Assembly: GCA_024655945.1 (NCBI GenBank)
Contig: JANLFK010000002.1
Coordinates: 242,610 to 306,609 of the forward strand
DNA from: Candidatus Zhuqueibacterota bacterium
GTDB taxonomy: Bacteria > Zhuqueibacterota > Zhuqueibacteria > JANLFK01 > Oleimicrobiaceae
Direction of reading: 5' to 3'
Length of the DNA: 64,000 nucleotides
In this document: positions 1-9,081 of the stretch, one piece after another
Numbering within the stretch: position 1 is the stretch's first letter
How the letters are laid out: each line of letters opens with the position of its first letter
Translations under genes and position numbers: made by a program
Notes under the pieces: model-generated
Databases searched by the model: none
Told to the model about the DNA's origin: nothing
The model's input: only the letters and a program-made list of their open reading frames with translations

Positions 1-494
1 CCGTGTGCGCGCGCAAAGGCCACCACCGCTTGCAGGTCCGCCACCTCCAGCAAGGGGTTGGTCATCACCTCGACATAGATCGCCTTTGTCGTGGGCCGCA
101 GGGCCTGGCGCCACGAGTCGGGGCGATTGCCGTCAACAAAGCTCACCTCGATCCCCAGAGCGGGGAGGTCGACAGCGAAAAGCTCGAGCGTGCCGCCGTA
201 GAGGCAATTCTGCGCCAAGAGGTGGTCGCCGGACTTGAGGAGGGCGAGCACCGTCGTGCTGATGGCGGCCATGCCACTGGCCGTCACCACTGCTGCCTCG
301 GCGTTCTCTAACGCCGCCAGCTTATTCTGCAGCACTTCGTGCGTGGGCGTGTTGTTGTAGCGACCGTAGCGCAGCACTTCGCCAGGCGCGCCGCGGTATT
401 GAAACGTGGCCGACTGGAAAGTGGGCAAGGTGACCGCGCCCAGGATGCGTGGAGATGGCTCACCGGCAAGGACTAACTTTGTGTCTATCTTCAT
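1..494 (-). CDS. PLP-dependent Cys/Met-metabolism enzyme (cystathionine gamma-synthase / methionine gamma-lyase / O-acetylhomoserine sulfhydrylase family). ATG at 494; C-terminus runs off the window edge, so partial.
   Basis: Reverse translation from 494 gives MKIDTKLVLAGEPSPRILGAVTLPTFQSATFQY...NTPTHEVLQNKLAALENAEAAVVTASGMAAISTTVLALL, the typical N-terminus of this PLP family. The plus-strand ORFs 3..311 and 5..238 are antisense artefacts. Confidence 0.8.
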   Translation of the reverse strand, partial: MKIDTKLVLAGEPSPRILGAVTLPTFQSATFQYRGAPGEVLRYGRYNNTPTHEVLQNKLAALENAEAAVVTASGMAAISTTVLALLKSGDHLLAQNCLYGGTLELFAVDLPALGIEVSFVDGNRPDSWRQALRPTTKAIYVEVMTNPLLEVADLQAVVAFARAH

Positions 495-535
495 TCCGTA
501 ACCTCCGCGGGCAGGCCCGCAGCCGGGGCAAGGAC

Positions 536-1642
536 TCAATCCTGCTCGGCGCGCACCTCGACTTCCAAGTGGTAGTGCTTAGCTTCTCCTGGCCCGAGCA
601 TGACCAGCGTGCCACGCTGCCGCTCGGCAACCCGCCCCTCAACATGACAGTTGGCAGGCTCAATGCCCAGGGCGTACACCCCAGCGGCAGGCATCTTCCA
701 CTCCACAAGGCGAGGAAGCGTGCTCCTTTCCCACCGCAGGGAAACCGACAATGCCACCTCGCGCCCAGCGACGGGGAAACGAGGGTTGCTCACAGTCACC
801 TCGGCCAGCTCCCGCGCCCCAGCGGACAAGCCGTCGAGTTCGTGGTAATAAACACGCTCGGTGTAGCCAACAGTGGGCGGATCGAATCGGTCAAAGCCCG
901 CCACGGGGACTTCCTTGTCGCGCGGGACAACTTTCCCCTTGGGGAAGCGCAGCACGGTCTGCTCCGACATCAGAGGGAAGCCGAAGTTAAAGTGGTAGAG
1001 GATCATGTGGGGCACTGGGGTGAAGCCAGCGTTTTCCACGCAGTCGTCGATGACGATGCGGTTCTTGCCGGCCAGGCTGCGGATCGTCCGATGCAGGCGC
1101 AGGTTCTCGGCAAAGATGCGCGTCTGCTCGACCAGGCCGGTGATCGTCATCTCGTATTCGTCTCCGCGCCACTCTGCCGTTACCCCCACCTGCCGGGCCG
1201 GGAGGTGATGGACGCGGCCGTGGAGGCCAAGCTCTTCTTCGCCATCCTGGCAGGGTGCTCCCACTTGCGTCAGGCCACAGGTGATGAGCAATCCGCCCGG
1301 CGCGGTGCGCAGCCATTCCAAGCCCCGCGGGTCGAAGTAAGCGGGGTGCACTTCGCCCGTCACCGCTTGCCAGCTCAGCGGTACGCCATAGAACTCGGTC
1401 AGCCCGATGTCCAGCGCCCGCGACGGATTCACGAAGTAGCTCAGCCCTGCTCCGGTGCGCACCCAAAGCACTTCCACGCCGGCCTCAGGTCCTTCGGCAA
1501 GGCGCATCCTGCGCACCCCGATATGGTTCTCGACTCTCCCCCAGCGAGCCTCAAGCTCCCGTCTTGTCCAGCTGCGCGCGTCGAGCTCCATGACATCACT
1601 CGTCTGTCCACTACCTGCCAGGTGTGCCATCACAGGCGACAA
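536..1642 (-). CDS. DUF4432 / aldose-1-epimerase-like (galactose-mutarotase fold) protein
   Basis: 368-aa ORF. The fold assignment is by overall resemblance only. The start could instead be the internal Met at about 1591. Confidence 0.6.
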   Translation of the reverse strand: MSPVMAHLAGSGQTSDVMELDARSWTRRELEARWGRVENHIGVRRMRLAEGPEAGVEVLWVRTGAGLSYFVNPSRALDIGLTEFYGVPLSWQAVTGEVHPAYFDPRGLEWLRTAPGGLLITCGLTQVGAPCQDGEEELGLHGRVHHLPARQVGVTAEWRGDEYEMTITGLVEQTRIFAENLRLHRTIRSLAGKNRIVIDDCVENAGFTPVPHMILYHFNFGFPLMSEQTVLRFPKGKVVPRDKEVPVAGFDRFDPPTVGYTERVYYHELDGLSAGARELAEVTVSNPRFPVAGREVALSVSLRWERSTLPRLVEWKMPAAGVYALGIEPANCHVEGRVAERQRGTLVMLGPGEAKHYHLEVEVRAEQD

Positions 1643-1935
1643 TTGCTACACCCTGATGCTCTCCCGCCTCGGGGGCACGAGCCAGGGGAGCGTCAGCGAC
1701 CACCAATGCGAGCCGGGCTACCTTTCTCCAGGGAACCCGGTGTGGCCAGTTCCGGTGCAAAGGGTCCGGAGGCCGGCTCCCTCCCCCGCAGCACTGACGC
1801 AACACGTGGGAGCCCTCGCCGGCAACGTCGCTTGGAACTCCCACCTCGGGCAGCAGGTCTGTCACGCTCTTGGGTTCGCCTGCAAGGCTTCTCACCGAAA
1901 GCAAGATCGGAGCCCCTTGGCTCGACACTCTCCTT

Positions 1936-2571
1936 CTACAGAGCCAACGAGACCGCGCTGGCCGTGGCGACCACGGCGACAAGCGCGGCGTAGGAGTACG
2001 CAGGCCTCACTGCCACCACATGTGCCCAGCGGCTCCGCAAACTGCGCGCCAAGCTCTGCCCGAGCCGGAAGGAGGCACTGCTCACGATTGCCGCTAATCC
2101 ACCTTGGGCCAGCACGTAACGCATGATCTTGGGCAAGCCTCCCTGTGTCCACCAGTGATAGCGAACCACATAGGTCATGATGAGCGCGAAGAGGAGGAAG
2201 AAAAACCAAGTGGCCACGCCCACCAGGAGCGGCTGGGTGCTTGGGCCCGCCTTCACCCGGGGACCAAGCACCGAAACGGTGACTTCCACAAAGAAGGCAA
2301 GAAGCACCACGGCAAAGATCTGACAGCCGAAGAAGGGGACGTTCAGGAACTTGAAGAACGCCGCAACCAGCCCTGCGACAAGAATGGCGCCCGGCCTGCT
2401 CTCCAGCACATGGAGCATTCCTACCAGCATCACGGCGAAGGAAGGGAGCACCACAGCCCGGGCCGCGGTGCCGCTCCATGCAAGAGTGGCATCCATCAGC
2501 ACTTCTGCCATGCCCCAGAGACTCCCGAGCATAATCGCCGCCATGAGCCAGCTCCGCTTGGTCACCATCCT
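1936..2571 (-). CDS. Small polytopic membrane protein (5-6 predicted TM helices), possibly an ECF-type substrate-capture (S) component. Lies immediately downstream of AOR.
   Basis: ORF 1936..2682 trimmed to the Met of MVTKRSWLMAAIMLG (2571) so that it does not overlap the AOR stop. Runs of hydrophobic segments are visible. Confidence 0.5.
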   Translation of the reverse strand, partial: RMVTKRSWLMAAIMLGSLWGMAEVLMDATLAWSGTAARAVVLPSFAVMLVGMLHVLESRPGAILVAGLVAAFFKFLNVPFFGCQIFAVVLLAFFVEVTVSVLGPRVKAGPSTQPLLVGVATWFFFLLFALIMTYVVRYHWWTQGGLPKIMRYVLAQGGLAAIVSSASFRLGQSLARSLRSRWAHVVAVRPAYSYAALVAVVATASAVSLAL

Positions 2572-2603
2572 TGTTCCTCCATTCCTTCGAAGGTGCTGCC
2601 CAG

Positions 2604-4424
2604 TCACCGCATCAAGTCCAGCATGTCGGCAATGCCCAAGTTGCGCAGGGTCTCGGCCTTGGGCACACCGTTCTCGTCCCAACCCATGAGCTTGTAGTAC
2701 TCAGCCCTGAGCCTGTCCAGCTCCACCACCTGCCCCTTCGCTGGCCCAGCCGGAAGTGGCTCCGCCACGCACCTCTTGGGCAGAGTGTCGTCGTGGGCGG
2801 TAAAACCCTCACGCAGGTTGTACAAGCGCGCCAGGTTGATGATTCGCTCGCCCACATGGTCCAGTTCGCGCGGGCTGGCGTACTCCAGGCCGGTGCAGGG
2901 ATTGACCATCTGCCAGACTTCCTTGAGGGTGATACCAAATTTGACGAAATAGCAAAGGATGAGGCAGTTGACCACGGCGCTGTCGGTCTGGTTCACTTTG
3001 AACAAGGCTGCCTTCCCTTCCGGCGTCAGCGGGTCGGCACCGCCAAGGATTTCCACCAAGGGGGAGCCGCGCAAGTGGCATGCGCCCCGCTCGGAGATGG
3101 CGTAGCTCAGGCCGACCCCTTTGGCGGCACGAGGCAGATAGCCGGGCATCTCTAAACCCTTGACGTGCATGGCAAAATCTGCGCTGCCAGGGAAATGCGC
3201 GCTGATTTCGCGTACCCCTTTCTCCACTAGCTCTCCGATCCCTTCGCCCTTGGCAATCTTCTCGGTCAATTGCACCAAGGCCTCGCCACTGCCCCACACC
3301 GCCTCGATCCCGTCCAGCTCCGCCTTGCCCACCATGCCCCGCTCGTAGAGCTCCATGACGAAGCCGATGATGTTGCCCACGGTGATGGTATCGACGCCGT
3401 ACATGTCGCACAGGTAGTTGGCATAGATAATCGCCTCGTGGTCGGCAACGCCGCAATTGCTGCCCAAGGCAAAAATCGTTTCATAGTCGGGTCCGTCGAT
3501 GGCGGTGTCGAACTTTGGCGAGTAGGCGATCTTCGAGCAGGCGATGGGGCAGCCTTCGCAGGCGATGTCCTTCTTCCAGTAGTGCTTGCGCCATACTTCG
3601 CCTGCCAGCGCCTCCGCTTTGTCGAATTGGCCATACTGGAAATTGCGGGTGGGCAAGGCGCCGGCGGCGTTGACCAACAAGACGATATTCGGGGTGCCAA
3701 AGTCAACCATTCGTTTGACCTGGCTGCTCATGCGCAGCATGCGGTGGGCAATCCAGACAGCCTCCTCGTACTCCTGGCGGTTGGCAACCTGCACCGAACC
3801 GGTTCCTCGCACGGCGATCCCCTTGAGCTTCTTGGAGCCCATGACTGCGCCGGTGCCTGCTCGCCCAGCGGTGCGCAGGCCGCAAAACACGCCCGAAAGA
3901 GTGGCCAACCGCTCGCCCGCGGGGCCGATCACTGCCGTCTGCACGTCTTGGCCATAACGTTCGCGCAGGGCGTTTGCAGTCTCGGCAGTGTTCTTTCCCC
4001 AGAGGTCAGATGCGTCCACTATTGCCACTGACTGGTTATCCAGAATCAGGGCCTTGGGCTCTTTGGCCGCACCCTTGATGACCACGGCGTCGTAGCCTGC
4101 GTACTTCAGGGTCTGACCAAAGAAGCCCCCGCAGTAGGAATCCATGTAAGTGCCGGTCTTTGGGCTCTTCGCCATCACGCAGAGCCGGCTCGAGGTGGGC
4201 GCGATGGTACCGGTCAGCGGACCCGTGGCGAAGATGAGCAGGTTGTCGGGACCGAGGGCGTCCACCTTAGGCGCCATGCGGGTGTAAAGCAGGTAGGAGC
4301 CAAGTCCTTTGCCCCCCAGGTAGAGGCGGGCTATGTCCTCTTCCAACTCCTCTACGCTGCACGCACCGCTGCTGAGGTCGACGGTGAGAATCTTGTTGGC
4401 GTAGCCTCTATTGTGCATGGACAT
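2604..4424 (-). CDS. Tungsten-containing aldehyde:ferredoxin oxidoreductase family protein (AOR/FOR/GAPOR family)
   Basis: 606-aa ORF. The N-terminus ...YANKILTVDLSSG..., the length and overall architecture are typical of the AOR family. Confidence 0.9.
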   Translation of the reverse strand: MSMHNRGYANKILTVDLSSGACSVEELEEDIARLYLGGKGLGSYLLYTRMAPKVDALGPDNLLIFATGPLTGTIAPTSSRLCVMAKSPKTGTYMDSYCGGFFGQTLKYAGYDAVVIKGAAKEPKALILDNQSVAIVDASDLWGKNTAETANALRERYGQDVQTAVIGPAGERLATLSGVFCGLRTAGRAGTGAVMGSKKLKGIAVRGTGSVQVANRQEYEEAVWIAHRMLRMSSQVKRMVDFGTPNIVLLVNAAGALPTRNFQYGQFDKAEALAGEVWRKHYWKKDIACEGCPIACSKIAYSPKFDTAIDGPDYETIFALGSNCGVADHEAIIYANYLCDMYGVDTITVGNIIGFVMELYERGMVGKAELDGIEAVWGSGEALVQLTEKIAKGEGIGELVEKGVREISAHFPGSADFAMHVKGLEMPGYLPRAAKGVGLSYAISERGACHLRGSPLVEILGGADPLTPEGKAALFKVNQTDSAVVNCLILCYFVKFGITLKEVWQMVNPCTGLEYASPRELDHVGERIINLARLYNLREGFTAHDDTLPKRCVAEPLPAGPAKGQVVELDRLRAEYYKLMGWDENGVPKAETLRNLGIADMLDLMR

Positions 4425-5688
4425 GTCGCGCTCTCCGCTTCCACTCCGTGAGGACGATGGCGCCGCGCTTGCACCATTTTACGCACTCAGGGTCGCCCTC
4501 GCACAGGTCACAGACCACAGGGTAGCCATCCTCGGTGGAGATCAGGTCAAACGGGCAGGCCTCCACACAGGCGCCGCATTGCGTGCACAGGCTCCGTTCC
4601 AGAACGAGGCGCGAGTCAGGCCCAATGGTGAGTGCCCCGGTCTGGCAGGCATCCACACACTGGCCACACAGGGTGCAGACCACCGGACGGATAGGGCTGA
4701 GTTCGTCCCCTAGTGCAGGAAACTGGATACGCAGGCGCGCGCGTGTCTGGCCGTACCCTGGGCTGTGCGCGCGGACGCAGGCCACCTCACAGAGTTGGCA
4801 GCCCACGCACTGTGACGGAACCGGCTTGAGCCGCTGACCAAGGGCCCGCCGCTCTCCCAGGATCTCTGCAATGGTCTTGCCACCGTGCACCAAGGCGACG
4901 ATGTCGGCCACCATCTTCTGAGGGTCCTTGGCCTTGGTGACGTTGCGGCCAAACACCGTGCCGCTGGCGCCGGCGCGCAGTGCCTCGTCCACCAGCTCCA
5001 AAGCGTCGCGCGGCACGTCCGACTTGGCACCGCCTAAGACCAGCACGGGCACACCCGCCTGATCTACTAACTGCTTGAATGACTTCACGTCGCCGGTGTA
5101 GGGGATTTTGAGCGCGTCGGCGCCGATTTCCGCAGCGATGCGCCCCGAGGCGATGAGGATCTCGGCAATATTCACACCGGTGACCATGCCGCCCACGGCC
5201 ATGGGTTCAATGATCAGCGGCAGCCCCATCCTGCGGCACTCCTTGGCAAAGTCAGCCGCCTGCTCGATGTTGATGGCCTCGAACTCATCCCCGTAGCCGA
5301 TGAAGTAGTAGATGGTAATGGCCGAGGCGCCCATGAGCAACGCGTCGCGGGCGCGAGAGGTGGCCATTTTCTTGAAGTTCACCACCGGCAACACGTTGCT
5401 GACATTGGAGGCACCAAGGCGGGGCATGTTCATCCAGTCAGCACGGATGAGCATTGCCGGCGAGTCCTTGCCGCGCAGCAGGTGGCCATGGCGCACCGCC
5501 GTGCCAAAGCTGATGAGAATGCCGTCGGCCCCACCGCGCACCACCAGCTCCAAGATGCGCCGCAGCTCCATGACATTGGGCGTGACATCCGACATCCAGC
5601 CGTGGTCGGCGGCGACGCACACGGCTCGCCCGTCCTTCGGGTTGAACAGGCGGTTCAGCCGCGCCGTCTTACCTGGGGAGCGCACCAT
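4408..5688 (-). CDS. DhnA/FbaB-type class I aldolase (DeoC/LacD superfamily) fused to a C-terminal 2x[4Fe-4S] ferredoxin domain
   Basis: N-terminal part MVRSPGKTARLNRLFNPKDGRAVCVAADHGW... is DhnA-like. C-terminal part carries CVGCQLCEVAC and CTLCGQCVDACQ plus CTQCGACVEACP and CDLCEGDPECVKWC Cys motifs. Start set at the Met 36 codons into the ORF, giving a 20-nt overlap with the upstream gene. Confidence 0.8.
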   Translation of the reverse strand: MVRSPGKTARLNRLFNPKDGRAVCVAADHGWMSDVTPNVMELRRILELVVRGGADGILISFGTAVRHGHLLRGKDSPAMLIRADWMNMPRLGASNVSNVLPVVNFKKMATSRARDALLMGASAITIYYFIGYGDEFEAINIEQAADFAKECRRMGLPLIIEPMAVGGMVTGVNIAEILIASGRIAAEIGADALKIPYTGDVKSFKQLVDQAGVPVLVLGGAKSDVPRDALELVDEALRAGASGTVFGRNVTKAKDPQKMVADIVALVHGGKTIAEILGERRALGQRLKPVPSQCVGCQLCEVACVRAHSPGYGQTRARLRIQFPALGDELSPIRPVVCTLCGQCVDACQTGALTIGPDSRLVLERSLCTQCGACVEACPFDLISTEDGYPVVCDLCEGDPECVKWCKRGAIVLTEWKRRARHVHAQ

Positions 5689-6475
5689 CGCCAGCTCTCC
5701 TCTGGTGCAGATGATCGGCCAGCAGGGCCAACTGCCGGGCATAGTGGTCGCGGGCAACAGCCCTTTCCCCCACGACGATGCCGCGCAGGCCACTGTTAAG
5801 CACCTCGTCCACCTGGCTCGCCTCTGGGATCTCCTCTAAGCGGACAAGCACCGGCACGGCGATCCAACTGCCGATGGTGGCACAGGTGGCCGTCTCACAT
5901 TGTGGGATGATCAAAACATCCGCGCCCAGCTCCTGCATGAACGACACACCGAGTTTGACCGACTCCTCAAAGTTGCCAGGCCCCACCTTGAAGCCGATAG
6001 GGCGAATGTCCACCACCAGCGGCAGAGCTAAGCGATAGCAGTCACGCCCCAGTAGCGACAGCGCTTCGATGTTCTTTGCCTCAGCTTCGTCGTCAAACCC
6101 GAGGAAGAGACTGGCAACCGCCGCACTGGCACCCAACGCTAACGCATCTTCGGCATCCGAGATGAACAGATGCTTGAACTGCGCAGCCGGCAGACAAAAG
6201 TCCGGCCCGCGGTAGGCGTTGCTCCAGTCCACGCGCACCAAGGGGCTTGCCCGCCTCCTGCCCCCAAGCAGCTCGGCGTGATGCTCGGCCTGCCCCGGGT
6301 TCAGGATAACGCCGTCCAGGATCTCGGTCACCTTGCGGAGGACCTCGTCAATGTGCGTGAGTCCAGCGGTGGCGCCCACAGAAGCAGGCAGCGTGGTGTC
6401 CAAAAGGAGCGCCCTCCCGTCTGCTGCACTGATGAAGTCACTGATGCGGATCGTCTTGCCTATGTCGACTTCCAT
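5669..6475 (-). CDS. DhnA/FbaB-type class I aldolase paralog (fructose-bisphosphate aldolase / ADH-synthase family)
   Basis: 268-aa ORF. Paralogous to the N-terminal domain of the adjacent aldolase-ferredoxin fusion. Confidence 0.8.
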   Translation of the reverse strand: MEVDIGKTIRISDFISAADGRALLLDTTLPASVGATAGLTHIDEVLRKVTEILDGVILNPGQAEHHAELLGGRRRASPLVRVDWSNAYRGPDFCLPAAQFKHLFISDAEDALALGASAAVASLFLGFDDEAEAKNIEALSLLGRDCYRLALPLVVDIRPIGFKVGPGNFEESVKLGVSFMQELGADVLIIPQCETATCATIGSWIAVPVLVRLEEIPEASQVDEVLNSGLRGIVVGERAVARDHYARQLALLADHLHQRRAGDGALPR

Positions 6476-6547
6476 CCTTCCTCCGCGAGTCGGCCCGAAA
6501 TATGCCCCAATTCAAGCACCTGGACACCTCAAGAGCGTGCCGAACGC

Positions 6548-6778
6548 TCAGCTGTTCTTGGCGGCCTGTTCCCGTTTCTTCTTGCTCAGCGTGCAAATCT
6601 TAAGAGGAACGTAGAGCGGGCAAAAACCGACAATGCCGGTGAGGAGAAAGACCACTGCCACGATGCCGAGAATGATGGCCAATGTGCCCGAGATGAGGTT
6701 CAGAATGTACAGCAGCGCGATGACCAGCGCCACGAAGATGCGCACGGTCCTGTCGATGGAGCCCATGTTCTTCTTCAT
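6548..6778 (-). CDS. DUF2892 (YgaP-like) small inner-membrane protein
   Basis: 76 aa with the ...GFCPLY... motif typical of DUF2892. Confidence 0.75.
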   Translation of the reverse strand: MKKNMGSIDRTVRIFVALVIALLYILNLISGTLAIILGIVAVVFLLTGIVGFCPLYVPLKICTLSKKKREQAAKNS

Positions 6779-7094
6779 GATTTCCTCCGCTCTTGGGTGG
6801 GATGGTTGTTCAACTGTCGAAAGCGACTCTTGACTGCTCCAAGTCAGGGCGTCTCACCGCCCACATGGTCACTGCCTTTGTGCCTGGCGGAATTTACGAA
6901 ATAGCAAAGTCCCAGTCAAGCGAATTTGCTGGCGAACATGGGCAGTTCAGGCAGCACATGGCGGAGGGCGAAACGCTCCAGCTACGGCTCCGTCTTCCTG
7001 TGGGAGCCGCCTGCCTTGGCGGTTGAACAGAAAGGCAGCGAGCGCCTGGTGGCTCATTTCCCGCCGTCCTCTGGGGAGGCACTCCCCGGCGGTC

Positions 7095-8093
7095 TTAGAG
7101 GATGAGCTTGAGCAGCTCGAACGTGCCGGCCGCCACCAGTGCTGCGCCGGGCATGGTCAGAATCCAGGTGACGACAATGTGCAGAGCCACGCCCCAGCGA
7201 ACCGCGGAAAGACGATGCGTGGCACCAACGCCCATTATGGCGGTGGAAATGACGTGGGTCGTGCTGATCGGGGCGCCGAGCAGCGTGGCCATAAGAATTA
7301 CCGCACCCGCGGAAAACTCGGCGCTGAACCCGTGCACCGGGCGGAGCTTGACCATCTTCATGCCCATCGTCCTGATGACCCGCCACCCCCCCACCGAGGT
7401 GCCCAAGCCCATGAAAAGAGCCGAACCCACGATGACCCAGGTCGGGACGTGAAACTCCTTGATGAAGCCTCCCACCAACAGCGCCGCGGTGATGATACCC
7501 ATGGCATTCTGCGTGTCGTTGGTCCCATGGCTCAGCGCCATGAAGGCAGCAGAACCAATCTGGCCGAAGCGGAAGAACCTATTGACGCGGGAGGGCATCA
7601 TGTTTCTCACGATCCAGAAGATAAGCACAAGCAGGATGTACCCCCAGACGAAGCCCAAGACCGGCGACACAAGCATAGCGATGAATATCTTCTTCAGCCC
7701 TGCCAGCTTTACCACACCCAGTCCGTGGGCCGCACCTGCCGCGCCCACAATGCTCCCCACCAGCGCATGGGTGATGCTGATGGGTATGCCCGCATAGGTG
7801 CACCCGGCGCTCCACACACTTGCGCCCACCAATGAGGAGATGACTACCATCTGGTCCATGGCCGAAGGGTCTACGACCCCTTTACCCATGGTCCTGGCCA
7901 CGGCGGTGGTGAGAAAAGCTCCCAGGACGTTCATGAGCCACGCTAAGAAGATGGCCTGAGCGGGAGTCAAAGCGCGGGTGGAAATGGTGGTGGCGATGGC
8001 ATTGGCCGCATCGTTCATGCCATTGAAAAAATCATACGTCCACGCGAGGGCGACGACAATAGCCAAGAAGGTCAGACTGTCGAAGGGGTGCAT
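7095..8093 (-). CDS. Inorganic phosphate transporter, PiT (PHO4) family
   Basis: N-terminus ...WTYDFFNGMNDAANAIATT... and the mid-protein ...HGTNDTQNAMGII... are the duplicated PiT signature. Confidence 0.9.
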   Translation of the reverse strand: MHPFDSLTFLAIVVALAWTYDFFNGMNDAANAIATTISTRALTPAQAIFLAWLMNVLGAFLTTAVARTMGKGVVDPSAMDQMVVISSLVGASVWSAGCTYAGIPISITHALVGSIVGAAGAAHGLGVVKLAGLKKIFIAMLVSPVLGFVWGYILLVLIFWIVRNMMPSRVNRFFRFGQIGSAAFMALSHGTNDTQNAMGIITAALLVGGFIKEFHVPTWVIVGSALFMGLGTSVGGWRVIRTMGMKMVKLRPVHGFSAEFSAGAVILMATLLGAPISTTHVISTAIMGVGATHRLSAVRWGVALHIVVTWILTMPGAALVAAGTFELLKLIL

Positions 8094-8103
8094 CGCCTCC
8101 TGC

Positions 8104-8715
8104 TCACACGTTCTTCACCGAAATCGCCTCCAGCACATTGGCCACGTCCTCGCAACGGTCGGTGGCCAGCTCCAGGTCCTGATAGAAATCCTTAAGCTTG
8201 ATTATCTCAATGGGGTCAGCGTAGTTGTGGAAAAGCTTGGCAAGACCGTGGCGGAACACCCTGTCCCCTTCGTTCTCCAGGCGATTGATCTCGATGCAAT
8301 GCACGCACATCTGCGCCGGGTGGCGAAGGAGGCTCACGCCGCGCACAATCTCGGCCGAAGCCTCGGCGATGATTTTCGCCAGTTTCACGGCATCTTCGCC
8401 ACGGTTGGTCAATTCGAAGAGATAGACGCGATCGGCGGCAGAATCAACCAGGTCAATCACATCGTCCAGGGCGCGACAGAGGGCGTAGATGTCCTCGCGA
8501 TCGAAAGGGGTGACAAAAGTGGTGTTCAGTTTGTTGATGATTTCGTGGGTGAGCTTGTCGCCCTTGTGCTCCAGCTCCTTGATCTGACGACCAAAGCGCT
8601 CGGCTTCCTTCCCGGACTCGAGCATCTGCACAAGGAGCTGCGCCGCTTCCTGAATGTTGGCGGCAGCCTCGGCAAACATCTCAAAGAATCGCTCGTGCTT
8701 CGGAAGAATCCTCAT
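8104..8715 (-). CDS. DUF47 (PhoU-like, TIGR00153) protein, the usual PiT partner
   Basis: Start placed at MRILPKHERFFEMF. Forms the conserved DUF47-PiT pair with a 10-nt gap. Confidence 0.85.
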   Translation of the reverse strand: MRILPKHERFFEMFAEAAANIQEAAQLLVQMLESGKEAERFGRQIKELEHKGDKLTHEIINKLNTTFVTPFDREDIYALCRALDDVIDLVDSAADRVYLFELTNRGEDAVKLAKIIAEASAEIVRGVSLLRHPAQMCVHCIEINRLENEGDRVFRHGLAKLFHNYADPIEIIKLKDFYQDLELATDRCEDVANVLEAISVKNV

Positions 8716-9081
8716 CGTTTGCGCACCTCGCCATGAAAGTAGACGGCTGTCACGGAACAAAGACGGCCGGACAATATACAAAACCCAACTTTCCCTGTCA
8801 AGACATTATTTCCGTTGCAGTAGGTTTGCCACTGACGCCGTCCTGCTTTGTACCCGCATCGTGGCCCGCCCCCTGCGCCGGGTACCAACCGCCGCCTGCA
8901 CGGCTTGCTTCCTCGCTCGCCAACGTCTCCATCCCGGCGAACGACCTGCACACACGTGGCCACGTCGCGGAGCCGGCGCCCATCGTGCCGGCACAAGAAC
9001 GCCGCCCAGTCTGGACAGGCATGGGCGGCGTCTTGATGTGGACGACAGAGCAATGCTCTTCTGGCTCGCGTTGCGCGGGAT

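Noticed and set aside
1455-2126. 223-aa plus-strand ORF in the 1.6-1.9 kb gap
   Set aside because: Pro/Arg/Ser-rich with no motifs. Overlaps the membrane-protein gene on the opposite strand. The 290-bp gap is treated as intergenic.
7040-7080. GC-rich inverted repeat immediately downstream of the PiT stop as an intrinsic terminator
   Set aside because: Imperfect stem and no following U-tract on the coding strand.
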